A stretch of DNA of 64,000 nucleotides from Eledone cirrhosa (GCA_964016885.1 OZ024740.1:327484001-327548000); one strand, 5' to 3'. Positions 28,427-43,739 are shown, numbered from the stretch's first letter. Translations and numbers: made by a program. Notes: generated by a model from the letters alone, not told the origin.

Positions 28427-28810
28427 GTCGGTGGATTGGCAGTATCGGTAGAGGGTCGGACGCCATGCTTTCCAGCATAGTTACGTCCCTTTACGATCTG
28501 AGTTCAAATCCCGCCGAGGTTGACTTTGCCTTTCATCCTTACGGGGTCGATAAAATAAAGTACCAGTAATGAACTGGGTAATTGCTGGCCTTGTGCCTAA
28601 AGTAGAAACAATTATTATGAATATATTGATTGGCAGTATCGGTAGAGGGTTGGACGCCATATGCCTTCTAGCATAGAGTTACGTCCCTTTATGATCTGAG
28701 TTCAAATTCCGCCGAGGTTAACTTTGCCTTTCATCCTTACGGGGTCGATAAAGTACCAGTAATGTACTGGGTAATTGCTGGCCTTGTGCCTAAAGTAGAA
28801 ACAATTATTA
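28427..28810 (+). mobile_element. Two tandem SINEs
   Basis: Same A/B boxes and core, about 190 bp each. Confidence 0.88.
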
Positions 28811-29949
28811 TGAATATATATATAACTTTACATTTTATTTGAATTTTGGTTCCTGGATTTGTCTAGTTAACAAGTTGGGTGAATTTAGGTAATTATTTCT
28901 AGCCGTTTTACCATCCACCCACGCCACTTGAAACGACGTACACACAAGGCATTTAATTCCCTCGTGTTTATTTAGTTTACCTACTCTCATAGGTGTTTGC
29001 CGCAAATATTCTCATCTCCCGTTGAGGAGTGCCTCCGGATTATCTGTTACAAACACAACTTTTCAGGGCGAAACAGATTAATCTCTAATCTGTCCGGGAG
29101 ATAATAGTTATTGAAACGGTCAGTACATTTTTACAATTGTATCTTGTATTCTCCGTTTGATTCAGAGTGTTTATATTCGTCAAACCAACGTGGTCTTACT
29201 ACCCTCGTAATTCTAAACACACAATTTACTGTTTTTATTCCTATATATATATAATTACATTCACAGTTAGAGGAAAATAAAATGTTTGTGCTATTTAGTT
29301 AGCCCTTTTTGCGTTCTGACTACAAACCCTATTTAGCTGTGTGTTCACTTTCACCTTTCATTCTCCCGGATACCAGCCAAATACAATGTTTTATACAATG
29401 AAGTATATTCCAGCCCAAATATTTGTTATTTCTTCCTATGTCAGAATATATTGTTACTATATGGTTTTTATTATTTTTTTGTTTGTAGTTTTTGTCGTGT
29501 TTATTTATTTATCTTTTGGTTTTATTTTTATTATTTTTAATATTATTCGCAATAGATTTGTTACTAGATTTGTAACTATTGATTAATGAATAAATATTCA
29601 AATACGATATATGTGGATGGAAAAAAGATTCGATAAAGATTTCACTTAAAACCTCATTCATTCTCTCATTGCATAACAACTATCCAAGTTCATAAAACAC
29701 GACATGGTACAATAAATAAATAAATAAGTCTTCTCTCGAAATAATCAAATTACGCTTTGCTTACACGTATATTTTAGTTACTATATAACTTTTTAACAAA
29801 CAGCAACTACCTTCACAACAAAATCAGCAATAACAAAATTTTAATTTCCTGTCGACCGATTTGCATATCTTTATAAATTAATAGAGATATCTTTCCTTAT
29901 TATTATTCTAGTGTGTCTCTGCATTATTACTACTACTGCTACAATGATA

Positions 29950-30985
29950 ATAATTGTTTCTACTTTTGGCACAAAGCCAGCAGTTACCCAGTAAATTACT
30001 GGTACTTTATTTTATCGACTCCGTAAGGATCAAAGGCAAAATTAACCTCGACGGGATTTGAACTCAGATCAGCATAGTTACGTCCCTTTACAATGATAAT
30101 AATTGTTTCTACTTTTGGCACAAGGCCAGCAATTAACCAGTGCATTACTGGTACTTTATTTTATCGACCCCAGTCAAAGTTAACCTCGGCGGAATTTGAA
30201 CTCAGAATGGCAAGGGTCGTAACTCTATGTGTCAAAGCATGGCGTCCGACCCTCTACCGATACTACCAATCCACCGCCCTATAATAATAATAATGATGAT
30301 GATTTCTACTATAGGCACAAAGTCAGCAATCTGAGGGTGCGTCGATTAAATCGAATTCAATGCGTTACTGCTACTTTGATTTATCGTCACCGTAAGGAAG
30401 TAAAACCTCGGTGGGATTTGAACTCAGAATGCAAGGAGACGTAACTACGTGCTGCTAATCCACCGAATAACAATAATAATTATTTCTTTTATTGACTACC
30501 AGAGCACAAGATATTGGTAAAAATCAAACAACCTAAAGGCTATCTACATCAGCAAACAGTCGCAAATACACACATAACTGATAGCTATATAATTGTTTCA
30601 ATTTTTGGCACAAGGCCAGCAATTCTCTCAGTGCATTACTGGTACTTTATTTTATCGACCCCGTAAGGATGAAAGGCAAAGTTAACCTCAGAGGGATTTG
30701 AACTCAGACCATAAAGGGCCGTAACTCTTTGCTTGCAAAGCATGGCATCAGACCCTCTACCGGTACTGCCAATCCACCACCCACTGGTGGCTATATAATT
30801 GTTTCTACTTTTGGCACAAGGCCAGCAATTATCCAATGTATTACTGGTACTTTATTTTATCGACCCCGTAAGGATGAAATGCTAAGTTAACCTCGGCGAG
30901 ATTTGAACTCAGACCGTAAAGGGACGTAACTATGCTGGAAATCATGGCGTCCAACCCTCTACCGATACTGCCAATTCACTGGTGG
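29950..30985 (-). mobile_element. Five SINE copies in the same orientation
   Basis: Copies near 29950, 30098, 30305, 30588 and 30795. Confidence 0.85.
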
Positions 30986-31640
30986 CTATATAATGTCTAC
31001 CAAATGTGGTTATAAACAAAAAATGGATGTACTAATTTGCATATTATTAGTGCTTGTGTTGATAGTTTTAATATGTATGAAATTGTGCATTGAGCAAGCG
31101 AAATAAAAGATAAATACTTATATATTCAATGTACATATACAATAGAGGATTAGATGAGACGGCCTGAATGTGTATATAAATATAGATATTGAGTATATAG
31201 ATACGGGAACATTGTCAAGTTTACCACATTTCTTTTGGCAGCAATCCCCTTCGCGATGTAGCTAATATATTTGAAATAGTATAAATTGTAAGGCGTTATG
31301 TTAACAGGACTGAATATACACAGTGAATCAGACTATTCAGTCTCTCTTACATCAAGCAAGCAATTATTATGAAATTTGCTTCTTGTGTACAAGTTAAAAT
31401 ATTTTGAAAAAAATAATCTAAATTAACAAAATAGATTCTACAAAAGCTGAATGGTTCAAATGAAAATAGCTCATGGCTCAGTTTCTAAAATATGCGGGGT
31501 TCTCTTGCCATCTCTCTCTCTATATATATATCTATATATATCTCGTAATGGACTTTATATTAACTTTAAATTGAACACAAGAGTAGTAAAAGAAGAAACT
31601 TCAGTTTAAACAGATAATTCAAATGATTTTATAGAAAGAT

Positions 31641-31714
<74 letters not shown>

Positions 31715-32111
31715 CAAAAGAAGTGTGGTAAGATACCAGGTGGACCATAACGTACCAGTGTACTTGATACTTAGGGTAGTAGAGTGAGAAAAACGGAAGA
31801 GAGTTAGGACCCCGACGGCTGAGCTCCGGTCGTTTCGACAACTAGATCCGAACTAATCCAGCAATACTGATGGTTTAGTTCGGAGCTCAGCCGTCAGGGT
31901 CCTGAATCTCTTCCCTATATATATATATATATAGTGATAATAATAAATGTGAAGACTAAAATCCAAAGAGGGCCCGATAAAGATAAATATATCAAATATA
32001 TAAGAACCCTGAGGATCCCGTTAAGGGTGGAAACACCGATTCTTTGCTTAAACTTTAATCTGTTATTTTAATAAATATATATATGTATATATATATATAT
32101 GTATATATATG

Positions 32112-32144
<33 letters not shown>

Positions 32145-32169
32145 GTATATATATGTATATATATGTATG

Positions 32170-32204
<35 letters not shown>

Positions 32205-32213
32205 GTATATGTG

Positions 32214-32247
<34 letters not shown>

Positions 32248-32429
32248 TATATGAAAATAGGGAGAAAAAGACGATTATTAGGAAGAAAAATATATATTTT
32301 TCCTTTTACTTTTTTCTCTTTTTTCTGGGTTAGAAAATGTTTAAAACAAAATATTTTACTTTGTGTGAAGTGTGAAGTGGTAATTTATTTATTAATTAAC
32401 AATGGTATTTATTTATTTATTTATATATT

Positions 32430-33240
32430 TAATAATTGTCTATTATCGGTTTCAGCATTTTATGCATTATTAAAGGGGGTAATTTGTATTGGTATAAAAT
32501 GTTGGAGAGAAAATAAGGTGATGTTGAACATGTTAAGGAAATGGGAAAGAAAGAACAAAATTATTTATAAACAAGGTTTTTTGAAGTAAAAAGAAAAAAG
32601 AAAAAAAAGGGGGGTGATGTGGAACATGATTAGGTAATGGGAAAGAAAGAATAATATTATTTACAGGCATAGTTCTTGAGGATAAGCAGTTCAAAATGTG
32701 TTATTATGATAAGAGCGCTTGGTCCATAATGGAGGCAGATGGTAGTCTGGGGTTTGATATGATTTCCCTTTTTAGAGAGTTAATATGCAGGGGGAGGTAA
32801 TTCAGGGTGGTCAGTTGGGGAGAGAGAAATGAGAGGGGGTAATTCATTTATATAAGAAAAAGGATTAGGGAGGGTGTATGGGAGGTAACTCTTTAGAGAA
32901 CATAGGAATTGGGGCTTTGGTTCATTGTTCGTTCCAGTTTTAGTTTAGTCCGAAGTTTAGTCCATTAAGTAGAGGTTGGAATGTGTTAATGAAGTACGTT
33001 TCCTTATTGGTACGATGGATGAAAGAAACGTTGTCTATGAATTTGTAAATGGGGAAAATTTTTAAGTTTGGATGTTGGTTAGGTGTACACTTGGCGAAAT
33101 GTTCACTAAAAGCAATCTTTCTGTATTCCTGTATTTTGATTTGTCATCTATGGACGGTCATACGTTGTCGGAGGCTGTTTTTTGTCTGTCCTATTGAAGT
33201 GAAAAACTCTATTAATGGGAGTATAAGCTAGTCAGACAAA
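32430..33240 (-). mobile_element. Penelope-like 3' fragment (GIY-YIG endonuclease and 3' UTR), degenerate
   Basis: The minus strand reads IGQTKNSLRQRMTVHR, HFAKC, KIFPIYK and KETYFINTFQPLLN. Confidence 0.8.
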
Positions 33241-33300
33241 AACAATTTTAGTGAATGTCACTTATGTATCGATCTCCCTACCATCGTTTCATTGGAGGAA

Positions 33301-33500
33301 NNNNNNNNNNNNNNNNNNNNNNNNNNNNNNNNNNNNNNNNNNNNNNNNNNNNNNNNNNNNNNNNNNNNNNNNNNNNNNNNNNNNNNNNNNNNNNNNNNNN
33401 NNNNNNNNNNNNNNNNNNNNNNNNNNNNNNNNNNNNNNNNNNNNNNNNNNNNNNNNNNNNNNNNNNNNNNNNNNNNNNNNNNNNNNNNNNNNNNNNNNNN
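33301..33500. other. Assembly gap (200 N)
   Basis: N run. Confidence 1.
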
Positions 33501-33543
33501 TCTCCTCACACATACACACGCACACGGACGCACGCACACACAC

Positions 33544-33668
<125 letters not shown>

Positions 33669-33779
33669 GAAACAGAAAGAGGAGGCAGGAGAGAGAGACA
33701 GAGAGATGATGAGTATACAGTAGTAAAACACATTGGGAATGTGTTCGTACACGTACACCGACACCATGCACATACATAC

Positions 33780-34197
33780 ACATACACATATCTACATATA
33801 TACATATGTACGTTCATACAGATACGCATACGTGCACACACACACACACCTACACACACACACATATATATATATACATACATATGTACGTTCATACAGA
33901 CACACATACATGCACACACACACACACACACATACACACACACATATATATATATATACATACATATGTACGTTCATACAGATACACATACACGCACATA
34001 TATATATATATATATACATACATACATACATATGTACGTTCATACAGACACACATACATGCACACACACACACACATATATATATACATATGTACGTTCA
34101 TACAGACACACATACATGCACACACACACACACACACATACACACACATATATATATATATACATACATATGTACGTTCATACAGACACACATACAT

Positions 34198-34250
<53 letters not shown>

Positions 34251-34508
34251 CATACATACATATGTACGTTCATACAGACACACATACATGCACACACACA
34301 CACACACATACACACACATATATATATATATATATACATATGTACGTTCATACAGACACACATACATGGACACACACACACAGACACATATATATATATA
34401 CATACATATGTACGTTCATATAGACACACATACACGCCCACACACACCCATATATATATATATATATACATACATACATATGTACGTTCATATAGACACA
34501 CATACACG

Positions 34509-34558
<50 letters not shown>

Positions 34559-34607
34559 CATACATATGTACGTTCATATAGACACACATACACGCACACA
34601 TACACAT

Positions 34608-34638
<31 letters not shown>

Positions 34639-34673
34639 CATACATATGTACGTTCATATAGACACACATACAT

Positions 34674-34731
<58 letters not shown>

Positions 34732-34740
34732 ATATATATA
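33780..34740 (+). repeat. Compound minisatellite (CATACATATGTACGTTCATACAGACACACATAC + (CA)n(TA)n), about 12 units
   Basis: The core TACGTTCATA recurs 12 times at 58-92 bp spacing. Confidence 0.9.
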
Positions 34741-34909
34741 CATACATAAAATGCAACTAAAATGAAAAAAATCAATATTGTATACGTATATTTTACTACA
34801 ACGTTTCCTTTCAGCACCAGTCTTGACATTACCAACCAGTCAAGTAACAATATAACAGACCTTAAATGGGATGGTCTCCGTTTTATTATTATTACATAAT
34901 TATGTAAGG

Positions 34910-35120
34910 CAATGGATTGGTAGTATCGGTAGAGCGTCGGACAATATGCTTTGTGGCATAGAGTTACGTCGTCTCTGAGTTGAAATCTAGCCGAGGTTAG
35001 TTTTGCCTTTAATCCTTATGGGGCCGATAAAAAATGTACCAGTAACACATTGGGACTGGTTTACTAAACCCCGCCCCCTCCAAATTGTTGGTCATGTGCA
35101 TAAATAAAAAAACAATTATT
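34910..35120 (+). mobile_element. SINE
   Basis: A/B boxes and core, diverged. Confidence 0.75.
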
Positions 35121-36298
35121 GCATCTTCTTGTCGTATCCACAATAGTGACAGTTACAAGCTTGTCTAAATGTGGTTCCGCCACAGCTAAACATATTGCTG
35201 TCCTTTCTCATTAAACTCTGCCAAGTCCAATGCTGTGCAAGAGTGTTCCAGCAAGGGGAATATTAGGAGGTGCTGCGTAGTCTGTGGTTCGATGCCGCAG
35301 TCACACACAACATCCCCATCCTTTAAATATCCCCATTTTGCAAGAGTGACCTTTGCATGTCCAACACCAGATTTTAGTCAGTTTAGGCATTTCCACACTG
35401 CATAGCTTGTATCTGCTCCAGGGGACAGTGCCTCGTTCGCCTTTATCTCCATTGTCGTTACAGATGGGAGGTTGTTCAGTTTTTCTTCCCAGCGGCTGAC
35501 TTTTTCATTACTTATGCTTGATGTTAAATAATAACCATTTTTTTTCACGGGTTACGAGGTAATTTTTTATCCTATTTTTTTATCCATAATTTGAGGATTT
35601 TGTTTATTTTCTTTTTGCACGAGGTAATGTCTTTGTTGTTTTTTTTTTGTTTTTTTTTTGTTGATTTTGCTCTTGTTCTTGTTATTTTTGTTGTTATTTA
35701 GCCATACGCCATTCGTAGCCCATGTTGTCTTTTACTGAGATATAATATTATCAAGGAGTAAATACAGAAAATGTTTTAGTTTTAATCACTCGGATTGATT
35801 TGATGGATATTTAGATGCTATTTGAAGCAAATCGAGCGGTCATGTGGAGCGTCACTCGTTGTCTCAAAACAATCCCAGTGGTTGTCGTTGTGCATGCAAT
35901 GAATCAAAGCAGCTCGTCAGAAATTACTAAGGCAAAGGATATAAATATACATTATTTTCTAAAGTATGCATACAATAATTGTTTGGCGCAAACAACATTC
36001 ACAATTCTGGCACTGCCCCTATTTCTTTATCTTATATATTTTATTTTATATATATATAAGTATAAATTCAGCGAGAATCGCATTTCGGCGGGTAGAAAAA
36101 GCGAAGCGTAACGCTAATTCCGAGTCATGCTGGCAAGCGCTCCATGGGCTAAAAAACGACCAGAGCAATAAACATAGGTTATAAAGGCCATACAAACTGA
36201 GAAGGCGGTCAAGAAGTCATAAATCACCTAAGCCAAAAAACAAGTCAAGCTAAACAGGTCAGACAAAATAAATGACATAATCATATATATGTATATAT

Positions 36299-36414
<116 letters not shown>

Positions 36415-38019
36415 CAAACCTGCACCCTAGGAATTGATGGTAAAATCCAGTACAGGGTTTCTGTGACACCTAAATCAATAATCTTTTAGTATAATGATCG
36501 AACGAGGAATATCACGTTATCAACAGATATTTTGTTCTGCACCAGTATTGTGGATGACACAGTGTTTTGTACAAGCACATGCGTAACTCACAAGGGGGAA
36601 AAACCCCAGATTCTGGCAAATGAATTCAATATGTGTAAATCCATGCAAAAAAATGCATAAATAGCACAAATCGAATAAGCTCTCGACCGGGTAGTTTTTA
36701 AAATAAACTTATGCAATTAATCTGTCAATAGAATTATTAACAGGTTAATTGTAAGACTCGGGAGATTAATACAAGTATAAATTCAGCGAGAATCGCATTT
36801 CGGCGAGTAGAAAAAGCGAAACGTAACGCAAAATCAGAGTCATGTTGGCAAGCGCTCCATGGGCTAAAAAAGACCAGAGCAATAAACATAGGTTATAAAG
36901 GCCATACACACTGTATATATATATATATATATATATATTGCTAGCGAGGAAAGCGAACGTTGAAATGACAATGATGATGATGGTGATCATCACATTTCTT
37001 TCAAAGACCAATATGGTTAGAAACATTAGTGAGCTTTATATTATATTACAAACAAATAGATGGTCATTGGCCTTGTGCTTGGTTCAACTGTCCTTTTGGC
37101 AGGCCCGATTTTTATTCTGCTGGGTTTTTAGCAAGCCTTATCAACTTCTGATGAGTGAGCCGGCTTTAGCCACCTATAATCCAACCATATAACTGGTTGG
37201 GCTGGATTATATGTTAATAGTAGCTCTCACGGGTGATTTGACATAAAGAGCTGGAAATAGCTGGCTCAAAACAAGCCCTCGTCATTAGCAAAAATGCAAA
37301 ATCCTCGCAAGAGGAAACAAAATATTATCTCTACAAACCTATAAAAATTGTTCATGCATTTCATCGTTATTTCCGTGTCAAAATCCGTCTCATCAGTTAT
37401 TTAAAGACGCTTAAAACACAATGAATCGCGTAGTGGAAGTGATAATCTACATCGATCCCAGATGGACACACCAGCTAATATTTGGTAGAAAGATAACTTT
37501 ATTGTTTCCTTTTTTATGTAACAACGTTCTTTCTTGGAATCTCCATTTTATGTTACATCGTTTCCATCCCCTTGCGACGTTTTACTTTAACATTTACTAT
37601 ATTATCTACACCTTACTATTGTGTGTCTATTTTAATGTTATTGTCATGTTTCATTACATACTCATATGTTAAAAAGGAAATAAAGTTCTTTCTAAACAAT
37701 TCCATTCAGTCACTCTAGATCTATTTTGACGAACTCAACCAAACATTCCATAGAGAATAGACTTCAGTGCAAAATGTTAATCGAATACTTTCAAATTTGA
37801 TTAAATGTTTCTTCCGGATTTCGACATCCCATCATATCTTTATATATTTTTATTTGTTCCTAGCTCAAATGTGATCGTTATTATAGTCAAGGTCCAGTGA
37901 TGTCATTATTTCTTATTATATTTCTAGCAAAGCACCATACGTATATTTCTCAAGTTAATACATTCTTCTATTTTTAGTTTCAGGCATTAGCTGCCACCAT
38001 TATTGCAGCAAAGAGTTAT

Positions 38020-38150
38020 GGCCCTTTGTGGTCTGAGTTCAAATCCCGCCGAGGTTAACTTTGCCTTTCATCCTTACGGGGTCGATAAAATAAAGTACCA
38101 GTAATACACTGGTAATTGCTGGCTTTGTGCCAAAAGTGGAAAGAATTATT
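38020..38150 (+). mobile_element. SINE, 5' degraded
   Basis: B box and core. Confidence 0.8.
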
Positions 38151-38699
38151 TTATGATTCTATTATGAGGTCTTGTGTGGTATCTTGGAAACATTTTACTG
38201 CAGTTGCGGTTGTTTTCATTTTAATTATCCTTTCTTTCCAGATATCTAGGAAATATTCTACGTACTGACTTGACTAACAACAACCATAGATGTGCTCACT
38301 GCAATAAGATGCAGTTCTTATTGTAAGGATCAGAAGCACAGTATAATAGACAGATATTTCTTTCGATTGCAGTACAAGGGTTTTTCTAGCTGTGGCCATG
38401 ACAAAATTGCTTACAGTATGGTTTCGTCTACCCAATCATCAATGTTGCGCCAACTGAAAATACTTTAGGAAAACATGTTGGATGATGTAGTCCGTAGTAC
38501 TCTATGTATAGACCCGTAACTCCTGATGAAGTCCGAGTAGCGCCGTACTGACATACGTCATATCCTGGGCATTTGTAAATCTGGTGGATCCCATCACTTC
38601 TCCAGGAGTCAACACAGCCGCCGATTTATCCCTGAGAAGAAAGAAAAAAAAAGAGAGAGAGAGAGTGAGAGAGAGAGAGTAATAAAGAAATATAGAGGA

Positions 38700-38860
38700 A
38701 GAATCGAAGCCAGTACTGGACTGATACATCATTATTGACCTACCCCGAATAGATGAAAAGCAAAGTTGAACTCGTCGGGATTTGAACTGAGAGTGCAGAC
38801 AGTCGGAACGAATACTGCAAAGTATTTTATCCGAGGTTCTATGACTCTGCCAATTCACCC
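38700..38860 (-). mobile_element. SINE, diverged
   Basis: Reverse-complement B box and core. Confidence 0.65.
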
Positions 38861-40186
38861 CCTTCCATGGCACACTACTCCTGCAAAAAAACAAAATAGC
38901 AGGATGTTCATGGTTTGAATGCCTTTGATTATAGGTCCGCCAGATCAGAGTCTACTATTGCGGGTAAGCAACAACAAGAACGAACATCACTCACAAAAAG
39001 AGCTCAATATGGAAGGGAAAGGAATCGAAACGCCGTAGGACTCGGTTCATAATCAGTTTCATCATTACCTACAGTGTTTTCCACTACCTTCGTTAGTTAT
39101 TTTTATGAATTTCTTCTAATCCTCAGCTGCCACCTCTCTCTCTCCCCCTCACTCTTTCCCCTCTTTCTATATCTTTTCTTTTTTTCTCTCTTTCCGCCTC
39201 TATCCCACTCTCTTTTTCGTTCTTTCTCTTTCCGCCTCTCCATTACACTCACCTATCTTGTCTTTCTCTCTCTTTCCTACATATATCTATCAATATATAT
39301 ATACCTTTCCCCACCCTGTCTCATTTATTGAATAAATGTTTTGTGAATAAATGTCTCATATTCATTAAACAGACTGGATTTACTTTGCTTAAGTCATATA
39401 AACATCGTGTCCGTTTCGTGCTTTGCTCTTCAATTCTTGTAGTAATTGCAATTATATCTAGAACTTTGATCTGTATTCAATAGAGTTACCACATGGAGTT
39501 GATTTTAAAAGATTATGTCTCTTGTTCTGTATTTATAAAGCTTTACCTACGCTAAAAACTTCTATTCGTACTTTTCTTTCATTAAATCCGAAAATTATTT
39601 CGGCAGTATCCATTGAATGATTATGTTTCTAAAGTTTTAAGAGCTGATGCTGTTATTGATTTATTGTTGTTGCTGTAGTAGTAGTTGTTTTTGTTGTTGC
39701 TACTGTTGTTGTTTTCCATAGGTACAAGAGCGCAGAATTGTAAGAGAAAATAAATGAGATTATATAAATTCAGAACTTATCCAAGTACATTATCGATATG
39801 AATGAAATGATGTGGAATGGCTACAACCGAGCATCAAACCTGGCTCTTCATCTAAATACTCCTGAAGTTTTCTTTTGTTCTACGGGGTCTTTTGACCTTC
39901 TGAATCTCCATTAATTTACTATTTAATGATTTATCCAAACCAACATTCCTCAATCGAGACATCACAAACTGCCTGCTGAAAAAGTCTCTATATTCGATGC
40001 TCGCTTCACATCAAACTAGCTACACGTTGCATGAGGCAATGAATCGGAGGTATTTTCGTCAGATATAATAAATCTAGCACTACATAGTCTAATGTGGCTC
40101 AGCTTTTAAAGGGATACTTGGTTGCAAATGAATCTCAAGTCAGGCGAAATTGTAATGGCTTCTTATATTATTATATATTTATATAA

Positions 40187-40378
40187 GGGCGGTGAATTGG
40201 CAGTATCGGTAGAGGGTAGGACGCCATGCTTTCCAGCATAGTTACGTCCCTTTACGGTCTGAGTTCAAATCCCGTCGAGGTTAACTTTGCCTTTCATCCT
40301 TACGGGGTCGATAAAATAAAGTACCAGTAATGCACTGAGTAATTGCTGGCCTTGTGCCAAAAGTATAAACAATTATTA
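40187..40378 (+). mobile_element. SINE
   Basis: Full consensus-like copy. Confidence 0.88.
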
Positions 40379-40811
40379 TATAGTTATATAGCAAAGTCCT
40401 TCATTATACAGTTACGACTCAATCACTGTTACTTAATTCTTCTGAATATATTTCAGATATAAAACTCACTCGACTTTGGTGTTTTCCTTAATGGACATAT
40501 CATCAAAGGCTTCATACACACAGAGTAAGGTAAAATATTCCAATGAGAATAACTGACGTGATAATCCTTTTTATTAGGGAATATATACTGCGTGCTGTTG
40601 TGTACATCAGTTATCAGTTTGTAGAGTTCAATGAGTAAGAATATTTTACTTGAAGGGGTGTGGAAAAAAATGGATGCCGACTGCTTTCTTTGAAAACTAA
40701 TTACTAATGACTCTGTTAGTATGCTACCGTCCTCATGTTTAAACACGCACACACGTACATGCATACACGCATACACACATAGATACTTGCATGCATACAT
40801 GCATACATGCA

Positions 40812-41763
40812 TGCATACATACATACATACATACATACATACATACATACATACATACATACATACATACATACATACATACATACATACATGGTGGTGG
40901 CTGCCAACTCGTTTTCGAGTACGGCCACTACTTTATATCCATGTAGGAGAACCTCTACCGATGCGTTGAACGAGTGTGACTTTTTAGTCCAGCCAGCGAC
41001 TTGAAAACGCTGGTACAAACACTACACTTGTGACAATTATTGACACATAGTGCTGGACCCATGGTACCATGTGACGACAAGTGCAGAGAGATCTCCAGAT
41101 ACAAAGCAATGCCTGTGCTGTGAAGCTTTTATAGTGAGCAAAGGCACTGCACAAAGCCAGTCCCACTCTCTTAACCAAGATGATATTTACCAAAAAGAAG
41201 AACAAGTCAACATCATTGGATACCATCAGAGTTGCAGGTGTTATATCAGAGTTTTCCTTCTCCTAGAATTCTGCCTTGACAAAGGCTAAGGGGTCATCTC
41301 TCCCGGTGATTTTGGATGGCCATTGACTCTTAAGAGCTCCTTTGCCCTTTGCATACATACATACATACATACATACATACATACATACATACATACATAC
41401 ATACATACATACATACATACATGGTGGCTGCCAACTCGTTTTCGAGTACGGCCACTACTTTATATCCATGTAGGAGAACCCCTACCGATGCGCTGAACGA
41501 GTGTGACTTTTCAGTCCGGCCAGCGACTTGAAAACTTTGGTACAAACACTACACTTGTGACAATTATTGACACATAGTGCTGGGCCTATGGTACCATGTG
41601 ACGACAAGTGCAGAGAGATCTCCAGATATAAAGCAATGCCTGTGCCGTGAAGCTTTTATAGTGAGCAAAGGCACTGCACAAAGCCATTCCCACTCTCTTA
41701 ACCAAGATGATATTTACCAAAAAGAAGAACAAGTCAACATACATACATACATACATACATACA

Positions 41764-41775
<12 letters not shown>
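40812..41775 (-). mobile_element. Two tandem copies of the RTE-like short element with (TGTA)n tails
   Basis: Copies lie at 40891-41350 and 41421-41740 (5'-truncated), each abutting (TACA)n. Confidence 0.65.
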
Positions 41776-41795
<20 letters not shown>

Positions 41796-41849
41796 CTATT
41801 TACCTTGTCAGTAAATCTCTTGTCCTTCGTGCTGAGGAAATATGAACAG

Positions 41850-43320
41850 AACACATAGCATTTTTGTGGATGACCTGAAACTTTATGCCAAGAATATAAA
41901 CGGTGTGAAAAAAATTTTATCCTGGCTACGACGTCCTCGAAAGATATAGTAATGGATTTTGGTCAGGATAAATGTTCCTATAGGATTGTAAATTCAGGAG
42001 GAACTACAAGCAAATCTAGCAGCAACTCTATCAATGGCCTGACTGTTTCAATCGGTATCTGATGGAGTTTGTAACAAGGAACGAGTAACCAGAAAAAATA
42101 ACACTGGAATAAGAAAACTATTGTCCTCGGAACGTTCTGCCCACAATGCGTTTGCCGTGCTTTGCTGACACCAACATTTGGACTAATTGACTGGCCGTTA
42201 GATTAGATCCGAGCCATTGATGTTCTTAACGACACAGGACATTTCCACATCAACATTGAGATAGGCGGCCTCTATCTGAAACGCACACAGGAAGCAGAGG
42301 CTAAAAATCTATCCAAACATCTTTGAATGTCGCCTCATATCCCTTCAACAACATCTACTAACCACCAGGCAAAGCAGCCTATACATAGAACAAATCTGTC
42401 TATATGATGCAGATAACCCCATGTGAGTTAGGAAGATCCACCCTGAGAAATATTCCAAGAAGGATAACCAAACCTCATACCCAGGAATAAAGCACAGCAA
42501 TACCGCAATGAATCCATGGATAAAAAGCCACATGCTTATCAACAAAAAATCATGTATGGCTATGTTTGCACAAGGCTTCAAAGTGAGAGTAATAAAGATA
42601 AGCAAAGTAGTTTATCTGGGACTAGCAACCAGTATATGAGCTCTTACTCTGAAGGCTACGCTTTTGTAATCTAAGAACAAGAAATACCAACGAAATACCC
42701 GATGCGCAAAATAGATAGTGATACAGACAAAACACTTAGATGCGACAAGCAATGCATGATCTGTGGTATAAACAGCAAATATGTCACCCAAATCATAAGC
42801 ACATGTCCAAAGATATCATCACGATACTATCTACCTATGAGGCATGATGTAGTGTCCAAAATACTATACAATGCAATCAGCAGAAAGGATAGTTCTGAGA
42901 ATAAACAAATAAAAAGTTACAGTAACGTGGAGGATATACGCATTCATAATAGTCAAAATCCTCCCAAAATTGCAAAAGTAACAAACTAAACAAAGTAAAT
43001 TGGATAGAAAAAATAGGCATGCACAGTAGTGGGAATCAGATGTCCAACAGATGTCAATATAATGCAAAAGGTTAGTGGAAAGGAGAAAATGTATGCTGAA
43101 CTAATGAAGAATCTGCAGATACTTCCCTCTGATTATGAGTTTAGATTTATGCCTGAGATCATTAGTGCTCTGGAATATTATATACTGCTTCAGTACAAAT
43201 AGAGAGAAACTGGGCTACACAGCACCAGAAGGAGAACGGCTAGTTAAGAGATTGCAAGTACAGTCCATTAATTCAACTGTAAGAATATGTAAAACATTTC
43301 AGAACTTTAGCATGTAATAA
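41850..43320 (+). mobile_element. Degenerate R4/Dong-like non-LTR retrotransposon 3' half (RT, CCHC, RLE)
   Basis: Fragments: FVDDLKLYA, FGQDKC, LYLKR, CMICG..ISTCP..YYLPMRHDVV, KEKMY. Confidence 0.72.
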
Positions 43321-43691
43321 TTGCATATACACACGAATAGAATCCGAAACATATGAACGTGTACCCATATAGCTCAAAACATACAAATCCATGCATGCAA
43401 TTACATCTATACCAACACACATACGCACATACGCACGCACGCACCCCCCCCCCCACACACACACATACACACATCTAGTTTGTTGTCTAAATTCCAAAGA
43501 GGCTTGTTTCAATGTTAGAAACTGACTTTCTCTCGGTGAAAGTTTATAGAATGATAAAACTAAAACATACATACGTACATACTGATATGGGACAGAGAAA
43601 AGAAAGCATGAATAGTAGCGGAGACCAGTTGCCCAGCACACACACACATACACACACATGTATAAATATATATAATATATATTTATATGTA

Positions 43692-43739
<48 letters not shown>

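Noticed and set aside
32002-32045. CTGAGGA-TCCC..GGGT-GGAAAC hammerhead-like motif
   Set aside because: There is no NUH cleavage triplet or stem III; at best a decayed relic.
33780-34740. CRISPR-like repeat-spacer pattern
   Set aside because: The spacers are only (CA)n/(TA)n.
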